Source: a virus
Lineage: Duplodnaviria; Heunggongvirae; Uroviricota; Caudoviricetes
Strand: one strand, 5' to 3'
Virus record (IMG/VR): IMGVR_UViG_3300032327_001521
Length of the DNA stretch: 64,000 bases
The translations under genes were made by a program, and so were the position numbers. The notes below the pieces were generated by a model. The model ran no database searches, was not told the origin of the DNA, and saw only the letters and a program-made list of their open reading frames with translations. Shown here in pieces: positions 41,735 through 51,100 of this stretch. Numbering within the stretch: position 1 is the stretch's first letter; each line of letters opens with the position of its first letter.

Positions 41735-42357
41735 TGAAAGCATTTGATAACTTTATAACTGAGTCAAAGGTTGATGCTGCAGCTAGTGCAATTGCATCTG
41801 ATATTGTAAATGTGATTAAAAGATTGAGTGGCCAGGTCAAAATAAACCTAACTCTCGAGTATCGCAGTTTAGCTAATGCAATCATTCACCTAACTGTGAT
41901 TCGTGGCGCACTACCAGCCGGTTCAACTGGCTGGGAAAAGATAAACTATAAACGTCACGGCTTTTCACTAGACTCTAGTGCATACATTCAGCCTGATGGT
42001 CAAATTGGAATAAATGTTGACCTTTATATCAGCCCAACCTCTGAGCCTGCGTGCTACCCTCAACTTGAATATGATATGACTGATTCAATCCGTCATGAAA
42101 TAGAGCACAAGTTTCATACATCCAAGTCTCAACCTGCTCAACGACATGCGCATAAGGACACATATCAATATTTCCTATTACCGGATGAGGTTCCATCAAT
42201 GGTTTCAGGCCTATCACTCTCAGCTAAACGCGAGGGTATTGCATTTTCCGCTGCTGTTGCCAATTACTTGACTCCATTTGTTGAGTCAGGCTTCATCACA
42301 GTTGACCAATTTGATCATATCTCACAGGTTTGGTCAGACTGGGCCAATTCTCACTAG
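41734..42357 (+). CDS. Putative zincin metallopeptidase, candidate capsid-internal protein
   Basis: HEIEH (HExxH) plus downstream YFLLPDEV. N-terminus MKAFDNFITE. Confidence 0.6.
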   Translation: MKAFDNFITESKVDAAASAIASDIVNVIKRLSGQVKINLTLEYRSLANAIIHLTVIRGALPAGSTGWEKINYKRHGFSLDSSAYIQPDGQIGINVDLYISPTSEPACYPQLEYDMTDSIRHEIEHKFHTSKSQPAQRHAHKDTYQYFLLPDEVPSMVSGLSLSAKREGIAFSAAVANYLTPFVESGFITVDQFDHISQVWSDWANSH

Positions 42358-42428
42358 CCCATTATTTCACTAACCCGCTGCCTTATGCTATCTCAATAGC
42401 AAAGTTTTAATTTTCCCTTACCTTTTAC

Positions 42429-42456
42429 AAACCTAATCCCAAAAATGTAGTAAAAT
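42429..42456 (+). promoter_or_regulatory. Pre-replicative promoter motif upstream of gp32
   Basis: AAACC-N16-GTAAAAT (spacer one base longer). Confidence 0.55.
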
Positions 42457-42491
42457 TATAATCTATAAACAAAAAATTCTTATCGAAAGAC

Positions 42492-43526
42492 ATGGAAGAC
42501 CTCTTTAACTTAAACACTGACTATTTTACCGGAAAAGCTGGTAATGCTGCCCGTCGGGTAGATGAAAACATGTATAATCCTGGGCCAGACCAAGGCCAAA
42601 ATGGTATTTACAAATCCGTTATCCGATTTATTCCTTGGGCCGGAGACCCAACCAAGAGCAAGTACAAAAAGTATGCTGCTAAACTTGTTAACCCATTAAC
42701 TAACGAACGACTCCTAATTGATTGCCCATCTACAAATGGCGCCTCTTCAATTTTATGGTCACTTGATCTTGAGCTTAAAAAACTCAAGAACGAAGAGCCA
42801 GCAATTGTTGAAGAAATTCAAAAGTATTTTAACCGGTACTACAATTACTATTCGTGCGTTTACATCAAAAAGGATCCGCAGTTTCCAACACTTGAAGGCC
42901 AAATCAAGATCTACTCTTATGGCTATACAATTGATAATCTTATTCAGCAGGAGCTCAATCCGGAAGCGGAACTTGTAACCACCCAAACAATCAATCCATT
43001 CTCGTTAACTGCCGGTAAGGATTTTGTCCTGGTGATCAAGCGCAAGACCAAAGCATGGCGAGACTTTAGCTCAAGCAAGTTTATGAGTGAAGTTAGCCCG
43101 CTTATTATTACGCATGGCGATAAAGAGATTCCAATCTCACATGATCCAAAAGTAATGAACTTTGCCAGTGAGTACCTTAAAAAGAACTCTCCGGACATGA
43201 GCCCTTACTTTTACAAGGAATGGACCGATCATGAATACGAAAAAGTTGCGGAGTATATCAAGGCAATTATTCCATACAAGCAAATCATTGATACACTAGT
43301 TAGTGGATCAAAGGATGAGAGAATGAAGCAACATTTCAGAAATACTCAACCTGTTGCCCGGACCGCTGCTCCAGCTGGTGAATCTCTTGAATTTACGCCA
43401 GCTCCACAGTCCAAGAGCCAATCAATTAGCTTAGAAGACGATTTTATGCCGACTACACCAGCTGCTAAACCAGCAATGGCAGCCAAAACACAAGATAGCC
43501 TAGACGATCTTTTTGCAGACCTTTAA
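42492..43526 (+). CDS. gp32: Single-stranded DNA-binding protein (T4 gp32-like)
   Basis: YKSVIRFIPW, YYSCVYIKKDP..P.LEGQIKIY.YG, GKDFVLVI. Acidic tail DSLDDLFADL. Confidence 0.85.
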   Translation: MEDLFNLNTDYFTGKAGNAARRVDENMYNPGPDQGQNGIYKSVIRFIPWAGDPTKSKYKKYAAKLVNPLTNERLLIDCPSTNGASSILWSLDLELKKLKNEEPAIVEEIQKYFNRYYNYYSCVYIKKDPQFPTLEGQIKIYSYGYTIDNLIQQELNPEAELVTTQTINPFSLTAGKDFVLVIKRKTKAWRDFSSSKFMSEVSPLIITHGDKEIPISHDPKVMNFASEYLKKNSPDMSPYFYKEWTDHEYEKVAEYIKAIIPYKQIIDTLVSGSKDERMKQHFRNTQPVARTAAPAGESLEFTPAPQSKSQSISLEDDFMPTTPAAKPAMAAKTQDSLDDLFADL

Positions 43527-43546
43527 ACAAAATCCCCTAAATAGAA

Positions 43547-43831
43547 ATGGAAACACAACCAATTGAATCAACCGAACCTGTTGCTAATGCAGCCGTAACT
43601 ACTCTTCTTGGTACAATCTCATATGAAAACCGTGAAGATTATGAAGAATTCTTAAAGGGCCTTAGTATAGAGCACGCAGCAGTAGTTCTCATCTCAGCGG
43701 CTAATTTTGCTCAGTCAAAGGGTATATTTTCTCTAGACGAGGCCGAACTCATTGCAGGTGCAATCAAGCGCCTAACAACAAAGCCGGAAGAGCCAGTCCA
43801 ATTTGATCTAGACGAAACCCCACAAGACTAA
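43547..43831 (+). CDS. Hypothetical protein (94 aa)
   Basis: ORF tightly packed between SSB and RNase H, with stop overlapping the next ATG. Confidence 0.75.
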   Translation: METQPIESTEPVANAAVTTLLGTISYENREDYEEFLKGLSIEHAAVVLISAANFAQSKGIFSLDEAELIAGAIKRLTTKPEEPVQFDLDETPQD

Positions 43832-44940
43832 TGAATATTGTCATCGACGGAAATGCTTTCCTAAACGTTGCAACAAGTATTGTCAAGAATATCTTAGCCA
43901 ACGATAAGCGCGTCGGTGAGAAGTACTACGTGTCTGATCTACTAGACGATACGTTTATTCTTAAACAGGCAAGCAAAGATGCATTCAAGTCTTTTTCACT
44001 AAATTACTTGGGCAGCATCTTTGCCCCTTTTAAAGAGAATATTTCTTCAGTATTCTTTGTATTTGACTCTAAGAGTTGGCGAAAAAAGTTCATTAAGGAA
44101 CACTTTCAAGAGCACGGCGAAGGCGACTTTAGCTATAAGGGCCAACGCAAGTATGACGATAAGATCTATCTATTTTTTGACTATTTTCAAACCGAACTTT
44201 TGCCAGTCCTATCTGATGAATATGGCGTCCTAGCGAATAGAGTTCAAGGAGCTGAAGGCGATGATCTAATTGCATACATTTGCGAAAATCTAAAAGAGGA
44301 TATTTGTATTTGGTCAGTTGACAAAGACCTAACTCAGCTGCTTGAAAGTAAGGATCGTAAAGTCATTCTTCTTATGCCAAAGATGATGACTAAGTACAAA
44401 AAGATCTATACAACAGACGATTTCTCGGCAGAGCCGGTAATCCAAGAAGCTGATCTTTTTAACTTTGACCTGTCTGCAATTGATAATTCAACTCTAGGTA
44501 ATGTGATAGACGATCTCTTAAAAAAGGATTATCAGCACTTTCGGATAGACCCAACGCTTGACATCTTAACCAAGATAATTGCCGGTGATCAATCTGATAA
44601 TATACCAAGGGCCCATCCCAAGCTAACTGCATCTAAAGTTACTAAAGTGATTGACCAAATTCGGGAATCAAGCGTATGGGCTGAGATTAAACCTAATATT
44701 GATGCAAATGACACGGAGTTCACAAACCATCTTAATGAGGTAATATGTGATACGCTAAAAGTAAATGACCCAGGTGAAACTCTAACGATCCGGACAAACC
44801 TATTGCGTAATCGTACAATAATCAGGCTAAGTACCCTATGCTTTCCGCCTGAGATAACTGATGCAATCTCTAAATCAGTCAAACTTGAAAACCGTAGACG
44901 ATTCAACTATTTCAAATTCAAAAAAAACTATAAAAGTTAA
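43831..44940 (+). CDS. rnh: 5'-3' exonuclease / flap endonuclease (T4 RNase H-like)
   Basis: IVIDGN, FVFDSKSWRK, YKGQR, GAEGDDLIA, SVDKDLTQL, GDQSDNIP. Confidence 0.9.
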   Translation: MNIVIDGNAFLNVATSIVKNILANDKRVGEKYYVSDLLDDTFILKQASKDAFKSFSLNYLGSIFAPFKENISSVFFVFDSKSWRKKFIKEHFQEHGEGDFSYKGQRKYDDKIYLFFDYFQTELLPVLSDEYGVLANRVQGAEGDDLIAYICENLKEDICIWSVDKDLTQLLESKDRKVILLMPKMMTKYKKIYTTDDFSAEPVIQEADLFNFDLSAIDNSTLGNVIDDLLKKDYQHFRIDPTLDILTKIIAGDQSDNIPRAHPKLTASKVTKVIDQIRESSVWAEIKPNIDANDTEFTNHLNEVICDTLKVNDPGETLTIRTNLLRNRTIIRLSTLCFPPEITDAISKSVKLENRRRFNYFKFKKNYKS

Positions 44941-44942
44941 CA

Positions 44943-45266
44943 ATGGAAAATCCTGAATTTATGCCCTTATTTGAAAGGGTTCTTATTAAACCTGACAGCA
45001 TTGAGACAAAGACTGAAACCGGTATTATTCTACCAGTCGAAGCCCGTAAAAGACCTAATTCCGGCACAGTTGTTGCACTAGGACACATGGTTTCAAAAAA
45101 TAGCGATTGTCCAGTTAAGCCAGGCGATCAAATCCTTTACCTACGCTATTCTGGCATGGACGTAAAAGTAGATGGCGTATTGCATCATTTAGTTATGGCA
45201 AACGATCTAGTTGCGGTAATAAATAAAAACTCCGGAACTACAATCGAAATCTCAGACTATGCTTAA
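44943..45266 (+). CDS. groS: Co-chaperonin GroES (Cpn10)
   Basis: PLFERVLIK, mobile loop KTETGIILP, GTVVALG, VKPGDQILY..YSG. Confidence 0.93.
   Translation: MENPEFMPLFERVLIKPDSIETKTETGIILPVEARKRPNSGTVVALGHMVSKNSDCPVKPGDQILYLRYSGMDVKVDGVLHHLVMANDLVAVINKNSGTTIEISDYA
45218..45226 (+). promoter_or_regulatory. Late promoter box inside the groS 3' end, upstream of the HAD gene
   Basis: AATAAATAA about 33 nt before ATG 45259. Confidence 0.5.
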
Positions 45267-45846
45267 AAACTTTTCCCAATTCCTAAACGAGAGTCAGTCT
45301 ACTGAACCTGTCCGAATCTTTTGCGATTTGGATGGCGTACTGGTAGATTTTAATCGAGGCTTTAAAAACCTCGATGCAAATAAGGACAAGCTATCGCCAT
45401 CGGAATACGAGGAAAAGTACAGCAAGGAAAAGATGTGGCAAATAATTGATGACGAAGGCGAGTCATTTTGGGCAAACCTGAAATGGATGAAGGATGGCAG
45501 AGAGCTATGGGATTATCTTTCCCAGCATAACCCAATTATCCTAAGCTCGCCAAGTCGTAGTAAAAGCTCAACACACGGTAAAATGAAATGGATTCGTCGT
45601 AATCTTGGTATCATGCAAGACAGTCCAACCAAGTCATCTAAGAATTGGGACCAGGAAAGTCGAGTTATCCTAAGTCAATATAAGTACAAGTTTGCCAATT
45701 CGGAAAATGACATACTAGTTGATGATACTCAAGCTAAGCTGGATAAGTGGGCCAATGCCGGTGGTACCGGCGTGCTACATAATGATTCAACTGATACAAT
45801 TCGTGTGCTAGAAGATATCCTATCATCAAAAGGTTCTCGGACCTAA
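45259..45846 (+). CDS. HAD-family 5'(3')-deoxyribonucleotidase-like phosphatase
   Basis: IFCDLDGVLVDF (DxD), FWANLKWM.DG, ILSSP, GK..W, ILVDD...W..AGG.GVLH. N-terminus MLKNFSQFLNE. Confidence 0.85.
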   Translation: MLKNFSQFLNESQSTEPVRIFCDLDGVLVDFNRGFKNLDANKDKLSPSEYEEKYSKEKMWQIIDDEGESFWANLKWMKDGRELWDYLSQHNPIILSSPSRSKSSTHGKMKWIRRNLGIMQDSPTKSSKNWDQESRVILSQYKYKFANSENDILVDDTQAKLDKWANAGGTGVLHNDSTDTIRVLEDILSSKGSRT

Positions 45847-45891
45847 ACCGAGTGGTGGAGTGCTGGCTTTTACTGGCCGGCCCTAAAAAGA

Positions 45892-45915
45892 AAAAGGACT
45901 CAATTGAGTCCTTTT
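45892..45915. terminator. Bidirectional terminator between convergent genes
   Basis: Perfect 24-bp palindrome aaaaggactcaa|ttgagtcctttt, flanked by A/T runs, between the HAD gene (+) and the sheath gene (-). Confidence 0.8.
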
Positions 45916-45940
45916 CTTGTTTTATCAGGCTTCTATTTTA

Positions 45941-48900
45941 CTAGAAGGACGGAGTAAATCCGGTAGAGTTAGAGGCTAATTGACCTCCTGCTCTAGTAAT
46001 AGTGATACGGTTGATGAACTTGTGAATTCCGCGTGGGAAGTCAACAATAATATCAACAACACCAGCATTATTCTCAAGGACTTCAGTTCCATTATTGCTG
46101 TCATCAAAGATAACATCTGCGCTAGCAATACCTCTTGCATCCTGAACTGCTGCTAAGTAGTTCTTGATAAGGGTTTTAACTCGCATACGCGTAGTTACAT
46201 CGTTAAAATCAAATAGGAAGTTAAGCAAAATCCTTTCAATATCTCTTTCGATTGTTACAAGAGCTTCACGAACGTGGATATTGTTTAGGGCAGACTTCAC
46301 TCTTTGGTAACCTGTGTTGTTTGAGAACACCATTACTCCAAATCCTCTACGTCTAACAATTAAGTTGAAACCAGCTGGTTCTAAGAAATCGCGATCCTCA
46401 TTTGTCAAATCATATTCAACACCAGAGATTTCGCCATCGGTTAGGATACCGCGTCTACCTCCAACAATTGAGAATGTGTTTCCACTAGTGTACTTCTTCA
46501 TGAAAGCATTTCCAACATACATTGCTGGCGGAATTGACTTATTCTTTCCGTTTTCAAAAATAATGATATTTGGCATAAAGTATGCAGAATAGGTAGAGAT
46601 AGCAATACCATTCTTATCGCCAGATGCAAATCCATTAGTGAATGCAGGATTTGAGTTTAGGTCTCCTCCAGTTGAGATTGCCTCAGCTGATACAAGTCTA
46701 GTAGTTAAGTCGATAAAGCTTGGATCAACATTACGCTCGTATTGAGCAAATGATGGTGCATTACAGATGGCTAGAGCCTTTCCGTGATTTGCTGCAAGCT
46801 GAACAATCTGACTCTTAGCATTAGGATCAATTTGACCTTCAAACGAGTCAATGATATATCGGAAATCAACCGTTTCATTGTCAGCTAGTGTTGCTCCAAG
46901 ATTACTACCTTCCATAACGAAATCTAGTATATCATTTTGACGAGAATATGTGCCATTTGGATATAGTTCAGAATCAGTAAGATTCATCATTGGAATCATA
47001 AGACCCTTTAGGCTATCTACGAAATTCTTGATGCCTTTTACGACTTCAACCGTTGCTTGGTCCATTCCGGTAAACTCAATACCCAGGTTATTCGGATCAT
47101 AAGATGAGTCAACTGTTATTGTATACTTTAGAGTATTAACACTCTCTCCTTCATATACAGTTAATATTGATGGCTTTTGAGCATACACCGACTTGATTCT
47201 AAGCAAACGACCTCTTTCTAATGGATCAGTTCCATCTGTTTTAATCTTGGCGCGAATAAACTGACCAGGCTTAAAGAATTCATCAATTGCAGCGCGTTGT
47301 AGACGATTAACAAATTTCGGGCTATTTGTTCCTTCTGACGTATTATAGCCATCAAAACCAGCCGCTACGTTCAATGCCGTATTTTCTCCGCGAGCAGGAT
47401 TGCCGTACAGATTTGGATGAATCTCAAATGTGATCTTATTTGGTGCAAAATACTGCCAATTAATAAACTGATTATCATCAGCTAAATCAAATGAATGCGT
47501 GAACTTATCGGCAACTGATTTTACAATCCATATATAATCGTCACCATCTGTATAGACTTCAATTGGTTCTTGGTTTGCCTGTAAGACGTCGGAATAGGCT
47601 TTAAATATTAGGTACTTAATAGATGTCCCCATTCCTATTTGAGTCTTAATCTCCCCATCCGTTCCTAAATAGTGTACGTTTGGATCAGCTGGGTCCCCGT
47701 ATTGAATTAGGTCTCCAACTGAGATAAATCCTTTAGTATACGCTTCATACAGCTTGCTACCCTCAACTGCAATGATATTGCTAATGAGAGGATTGTCATC
47801 AACGTATACGTCACCTATTGCATAGGTTGAAGAGTATGCAGTTGTTAAAAAGTAGAACTCTGAACTTGCCGGTTTTGTATACGATAGGACATCCACTAGC
47901 CCAACTGGGTTAATATCATACGAGCCCGGAGTACCAACTCCGTCATCTACTATGTATTGTGTTCGTTCCTCATCTGAGACATTTAGTTCATTGAATCCGT
48001 GGCCAACTAGGTCAATTCTCTGCGTTGCAATACCTTCAATAGAACTGCCGCTATCAAAAGAGGCCTCAGTAAGGTCAATTTTATCAATCTTCCTATAGTC
48101 AAGGGCACAGTGTACGCCGATTTGAGCAAACCTACGATTAAAGATTGAATCAATTGCTGCGGTATTGCCAGTTAAATCCATAAAGTCTGGGATAATACTA
48201 CCCTGAACCTTAGCTAATAGAGTTACCTCTTTTAGAGCAACGAAATCGCTGATTCTAGCCTCTCTAATACCTGACTCAGTAAAATAGAGTTTATAGATTG
48301 GGTCTTTTGCTAGGGACAAGTAGTCAGTCCAAGTTCCTTCAACGACTATTAGCTCAACAAAATAGTTTGCAATAATATCGTCAACATTAAGAAATTCCGG
48401 AACCTCAACCTTATCGCCAAGTAGACGATAGTAGTCCTTAACTGATATATCATATCCAGTCGTATCAGCTACGCGAGCCCAAACTGTAATATCTTTACGA
48501 GAAAGGTTGGTAATGGTTATGATCTTGTTAGCATCCTTGTCGGCATTTCCATAATTTGTAGGATCTAGAATATAATCATCTCCTAGGTTAATGTTCTTCC
48601 ACTTATTAACTGCATCAGAATCTGCGTACCACAATTTTTGTGTATTGTAGAACTTAGACATTGAGTCAGTATATAAGTTTGAGCCCCAAACCGAGTTGTT
48701 TGACGCTGATTCCGTATTGAATGTACCGAATGCTGCTGTATCCTCGTCCGCAACAGGCAAAACGTTTAGTGCAAAGACTGGCCCCTGACGCAGACCAACA
48801 TCAATTGTTCTATGAAAGTAGCTTCCATTTTTTTCTAGCTTTGTATCGATTTCACCATACACGGCATTTAGAGTTCTAGTATCGTTAACCAGAACCACTG

Positions 48901-49039
48901 AGTTGATAGGCCCCTTCTTGCTTGAACCAATCACAAGTCGTCCAGTTGAAATAGGGAGAGCCAGGTTGGTGCTTTCATCTACCTCAATAGTGTAGACACC
49001 ACTTGACTTGAACCTGTTCAAATTTAATTTTTCTGCCAT
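45941..49039 (-). CDS. gp18: Contractile tail sheath protein (gp18-like, 1032 aa)
   Basis: N-terminus FKSSGVYTIEVDES..GSSKKGPIN. C-terminus IPPAMYV, GGRRG, DRDFLEPAGFNLI, SALNNIHVREAL, FDFND..TR, DDSNN...LENN...VDI. Confidence 0.9.
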   Translation of the reverse strand: MAEKLNLNRFKSSGVYTIEVDESTNLALPISTGRLVIGSSKKGPINSVVLVNDTRTLNAVYGEIDTKLEKNGSYFHRTIDVGLRQGPVFALNVLPVADEDTAAFGTFNTESASNNSVWGSNLYTDSMSKFYNTQKLWYADSDAVNKWKNINLGDDYILDPTNYGNADKDANKIITITNLSRKDITVWARVADTTGYDISVKDYYRLLGDKVEVPEFLNVDDIIANYFVELIVVEGTWTDYLSLAKDPIYKLYFTESGIREARISDFVALKEVTLLAKVQGSIIPDFMDLTGNTAAIDSIFNRRFAQIGVHCALDYRKIDKIDLTEASFDSGSSIEGIATQRIDLVGHGFNELNVSDEERTQYIVDDGVGTPGSYDINPVGLVDVLSYTKPASSEFYFLTTAYSSTYAIGDVYVDDNPLISNIIAVEGSKLYEAYTKGFISVGDLIQYGDPADPNVHYLGTDGEIKTQIGMGTSIKYLIFKAYSDVLQANQEPIEVYTDGDDYIWIVKSVADKFTHSFDLADDNQFINWQYFAPNKITFEIHPNLYGNPARGENTALNVAAGFDGYNTSEGTNSPKFVNRLQRAAIDEFFKPGQFIRAKIKTDGTDPLERGRLLRIKSVYAQKPSILTVYEGESVNTLKYTITVDSSYDPNNLGIEFTGMDQATVEVVKGIKNFVDSLKGLMIPMMNLTDSELYPNGTYSRQNDILDFVMEGSNLGATLADNETVDFRYIIDSFEGQIDPNAKSQIVQLAANHGKALAICNAPSFAQYERNVDPSFIDLTTRLVSAEAISTGGDLNSNPAFTNGFASGDKNGIAISTYSAYFMPNIIIFENGKNKSIPPAMYVGNAFMKKYTSGNTFSIVGGRRGILTDGEISGVEYDLTNEDRDFLEPAGFNLIVRRRGFGVMVFSNNTGYQRVKSALNNIHVREALVTIERDIERILLNFLFDFNDVTTRMRVKTLIKNYLAAVQDARGIASADVIFDDSNNGTEVLENNAGVVDIIVDFPRGIHKFINRITITRAGGQLASNSTGFTPSF

Positions 49040-49059
49040 CGCGTGCTATTATTTTTGAA

Positions 49060-49136
49060 GTTATTTATTTATCAGTCCATTCCCAAAATTGCGATTTTAC
49101 GCACTTTGGGTATAGTACTGCTTATTGTTATTTATT
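49060..49136 (-). promoter_or_regulatory. Tandem late promoter boxes for the tail sheath, with an intervening hairpin
   Basis: GATAAATAAATAAC (49060-49073) and AATAAATAAC (49127-49136). Hairpin cccaaa..tgcg-atttta-cgca.tttggg at 49082-49110. Confidence 0.6.
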
Positions 49137-49156
49137 CAGGCCAGCTTGCTAAACCT

Positions 49157-49183
49157 AAACTTTTTAGGCTTTCTGGGTAAAAG
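49157..49183 (+). promoter_or_regulatory. Pre-replicative promoter motif upstream of the gp56-like gene
   Basis: AAACT-N15-GTAAAAG. Confidence 0.65.
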
Positions 49184-49204
49184 AATCAGTAAACTAGAAA
49201 ATTT

Positions 49205-49672
49205 ATGGCAAATACCGATAATACTTGTGCCGATCTTAAGATCGAAGACCTATATTCAAAAAGTACTGACACTTTAGGAGACATTATTGCTCTCCAAAAG
49301 GACACTCAGAACCATATATATGGATGGAATTTTGAAAACATGACTCTACGCGAAATCATGTCCTTTTGGCATGTAAATACCCATGCTCTAACTGATGAAA
49401 TTCATGAAGCGACTGACGCTCTAGGTGGAATCAAAGATGGTAGTGGAAACGCTATTTGGAAGTATTGGAAAAAGGACTTTGGAAAATACGGCTTTATGAA
49501 GTTCTCAGATCTCACTGAAAGTGATCAGCTTGAAGCAAAGTTTGAAATCATTGATATGCTGCACTTTTTTATGAACTACGCAATCTCGATTGGCATGGAC
49601 AGTCGTGAGATGTATAACATGTACATGGCCAAGAATGCGGAGAATCGTGCACGTCAGGAGAGGGGCTATTAG
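49205..49672 (+). CDS. All-alpha dimeric dCTP/dUTP pyrophosphatase (T4 gp56-like)
   Basis: IWKYWKK, DQLEAKFEIIDMLHF and KNAENRARQERGY parallel T4 gp56 (VWKKWK, DQLEIKFELVDIFHF, KN..N..RQ..GY; recalled sequence). Confidence 0.85.
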   Translation: MANTDNTCADLKIEDLYSKSTDTLGDIIALQKDTQNHIYGWNFENMTLREIMSFWHVNTHALTDEIHEATDALGGIKDGSGNAIWKYWKKDFGKYGFMKFSDLTESDQLEAKFEIIDMLHFFMNYAISIGMDSREMYNMYMAKNAENRARQERGY

Positions 49673-49701
49673 AGTATATTAACCTCATAGCAATTTTCTA
49701 A

Positions 49702-51093
49702 ATGATAGTAAGCACAGAATTTAACAGTGACGACTCAACGCTAGTCATCTCGTATTACGATGAAGATGGTAATATCGCATTTATCAAAAAACCAATCCAA
49801 CAGCAGGATCTCTTTAACTGGGTACTAACTCCTACCCCAACTGAGTTTCGTAATTGGGATAATCGATTTCTTAAAAAGGCTCCAAATCGTTGGCTAAGCC
49901 GATTTCGCCTTGAAGAGCTTACTCAGTCCAGGCTAAGCCAAGACGAGCTTGACCGAATCTACTCTGATCTTAGTCCAAAGAAGTATTATCTTGATATTGA
50001 GATCCAGCTTACATCAAGTGATTTTCCAGATCCAGCCAAGGCTCTAATGCCAGTTAACCTCATAACCTTTGTAAATGAGGATAATGTGTGTTTTGTAATG
50101 TCTACCATGAAGAACCTCGAATCACATGTTGTTTCTCAAATGGAATCTGAGGTTAACGATTACTTTAAAGCCCATGGTCAGGCATTCACAATCAAGTATC
50201 TTTTCTTTGAAAAGGAAGAGGACCTAATGAAGACCTTCTTTCACAAAGTCTTGCCAAAAATCTCCTTCCTAACTGGCTGGAATGTTATCGGCTTTGACTG
50301 GATCTACTTGATTAATCGATGCAAGCGTCTAAATATTGAGCCGATGGAAACAATGCCTTGTCAAAAGACAATTGGCCAATCCAAAATGCCAATTCACATG
50401 GGACTGCTTGACTACATGGAAGTCTTTATGAACACCAAGCCGTATAAAGTGGTTGAGAACTACAAGCTTGATTACATTGCAAATCTTGTGCTAGGTACTC
50501 GAAAGCTGCACCAAGCCTATGCAACCATGATGGAAGCCCAGCAAGATATTGAAAACTTTGTCAAGTACAATATCATCGATACAATTCTAGTTAAACTCAT
50601 TGAGGATAAACTCGGCCTGCTTGATGTTGCATTTGCAATCTCTAAGTTTGCGCGAGTTGATGTATCTAAAGTATTTAGTGCAGTATTCATTACTGAGACG
50701 CTAATGTGTCGTGAGTTTCTTGAGCGTGGCCGCTTTATGGCAAGCGATCGTCGTGAAATTGAGAAAGAGGCAACTTACGATGGTGCATATGTTGCAAAGC
50801 CGGAACCAGGTTATTACAAATACGTTTCATGCTTTGACTTTGCATCAATGTATCCAAATATTCAAATTCAGTTTAATATTTCGCCAGATGCGTATATTGG
50901 AAAAATTAAGCCCGATACGCAAAAGACTCCCGAAACTATTATAACCAAGAACGATACAATATTTACCAAGCAATTTGATTCGGCTGCTCGAACTATCCTA
51001 ACCCGTCTGTATAATGGTCGAGTTGATACAAAGAATGAAATGAAGCGTCTTGAAGAGCAGCTAGATGGTGAAAAGGCTAATAAAACTAATTAA
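49702..51093 (+). CDS. Family-B DNA polymerase, N-terminal half only (exonuclease plus motif A)
   Basis: ExoI LDIE, ExoII TGWNVIGFD, ExoIII YNIIDT, motif A FDFASMYPNI. Ends at TAA in the fingers helix. No KxxxNSxYG or YxDTDS. Confidence 0.9.
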   Translation: MIVSTEFNSDDSTLVISYYDEDGNIAFIKKPIQQQDLFNWVLTPTPTEFRNWDNRFLKKAPNRWLSRFRLEELTQSRLSQDELDRIYSDLSPKKYYLDIEIQLTSSDFPDPAKALMPVNLITFVNEDNVCFVMSTMKNLESHVVSQMESEVNDYFKAHGQAFTIKYLFFEKEEDLMKTFFHKVLPKISFLTGWNVIGFDWIYLINRCKRLNIEPMETMPCQKTIGQSKMPIHMGLLDYMEVFMNTKPYKVVENYKLDYIANLVLGTRKLHQAYATMMEAQQDIENFVKYNIIDTILVKLIEDKLGLLDVAFAISKFARVDVSKVFSAVFITETLMCREFLERGRFMASDRREIEKEATYDGAYVAKPEPGYYKYVSCFDFASMYPNIQIQFNISPDAYIGKIKPDTQKTPETIITKNDTIFTKQFDSAARTILTRLYNGRVDTKNEMKRLEEQLDGEKANKTN

Positions 51094-51100
51094 CAAACTT

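Noticed and set aside
45847-45885. tRNA-Leu-like words (accgagtggtggagtg)
   Set aside because: No anticodon arm, T-loop (GTTCRA) or acceptor stem, and the space is too short. No convincing tRNA was seen anywhere in the window.
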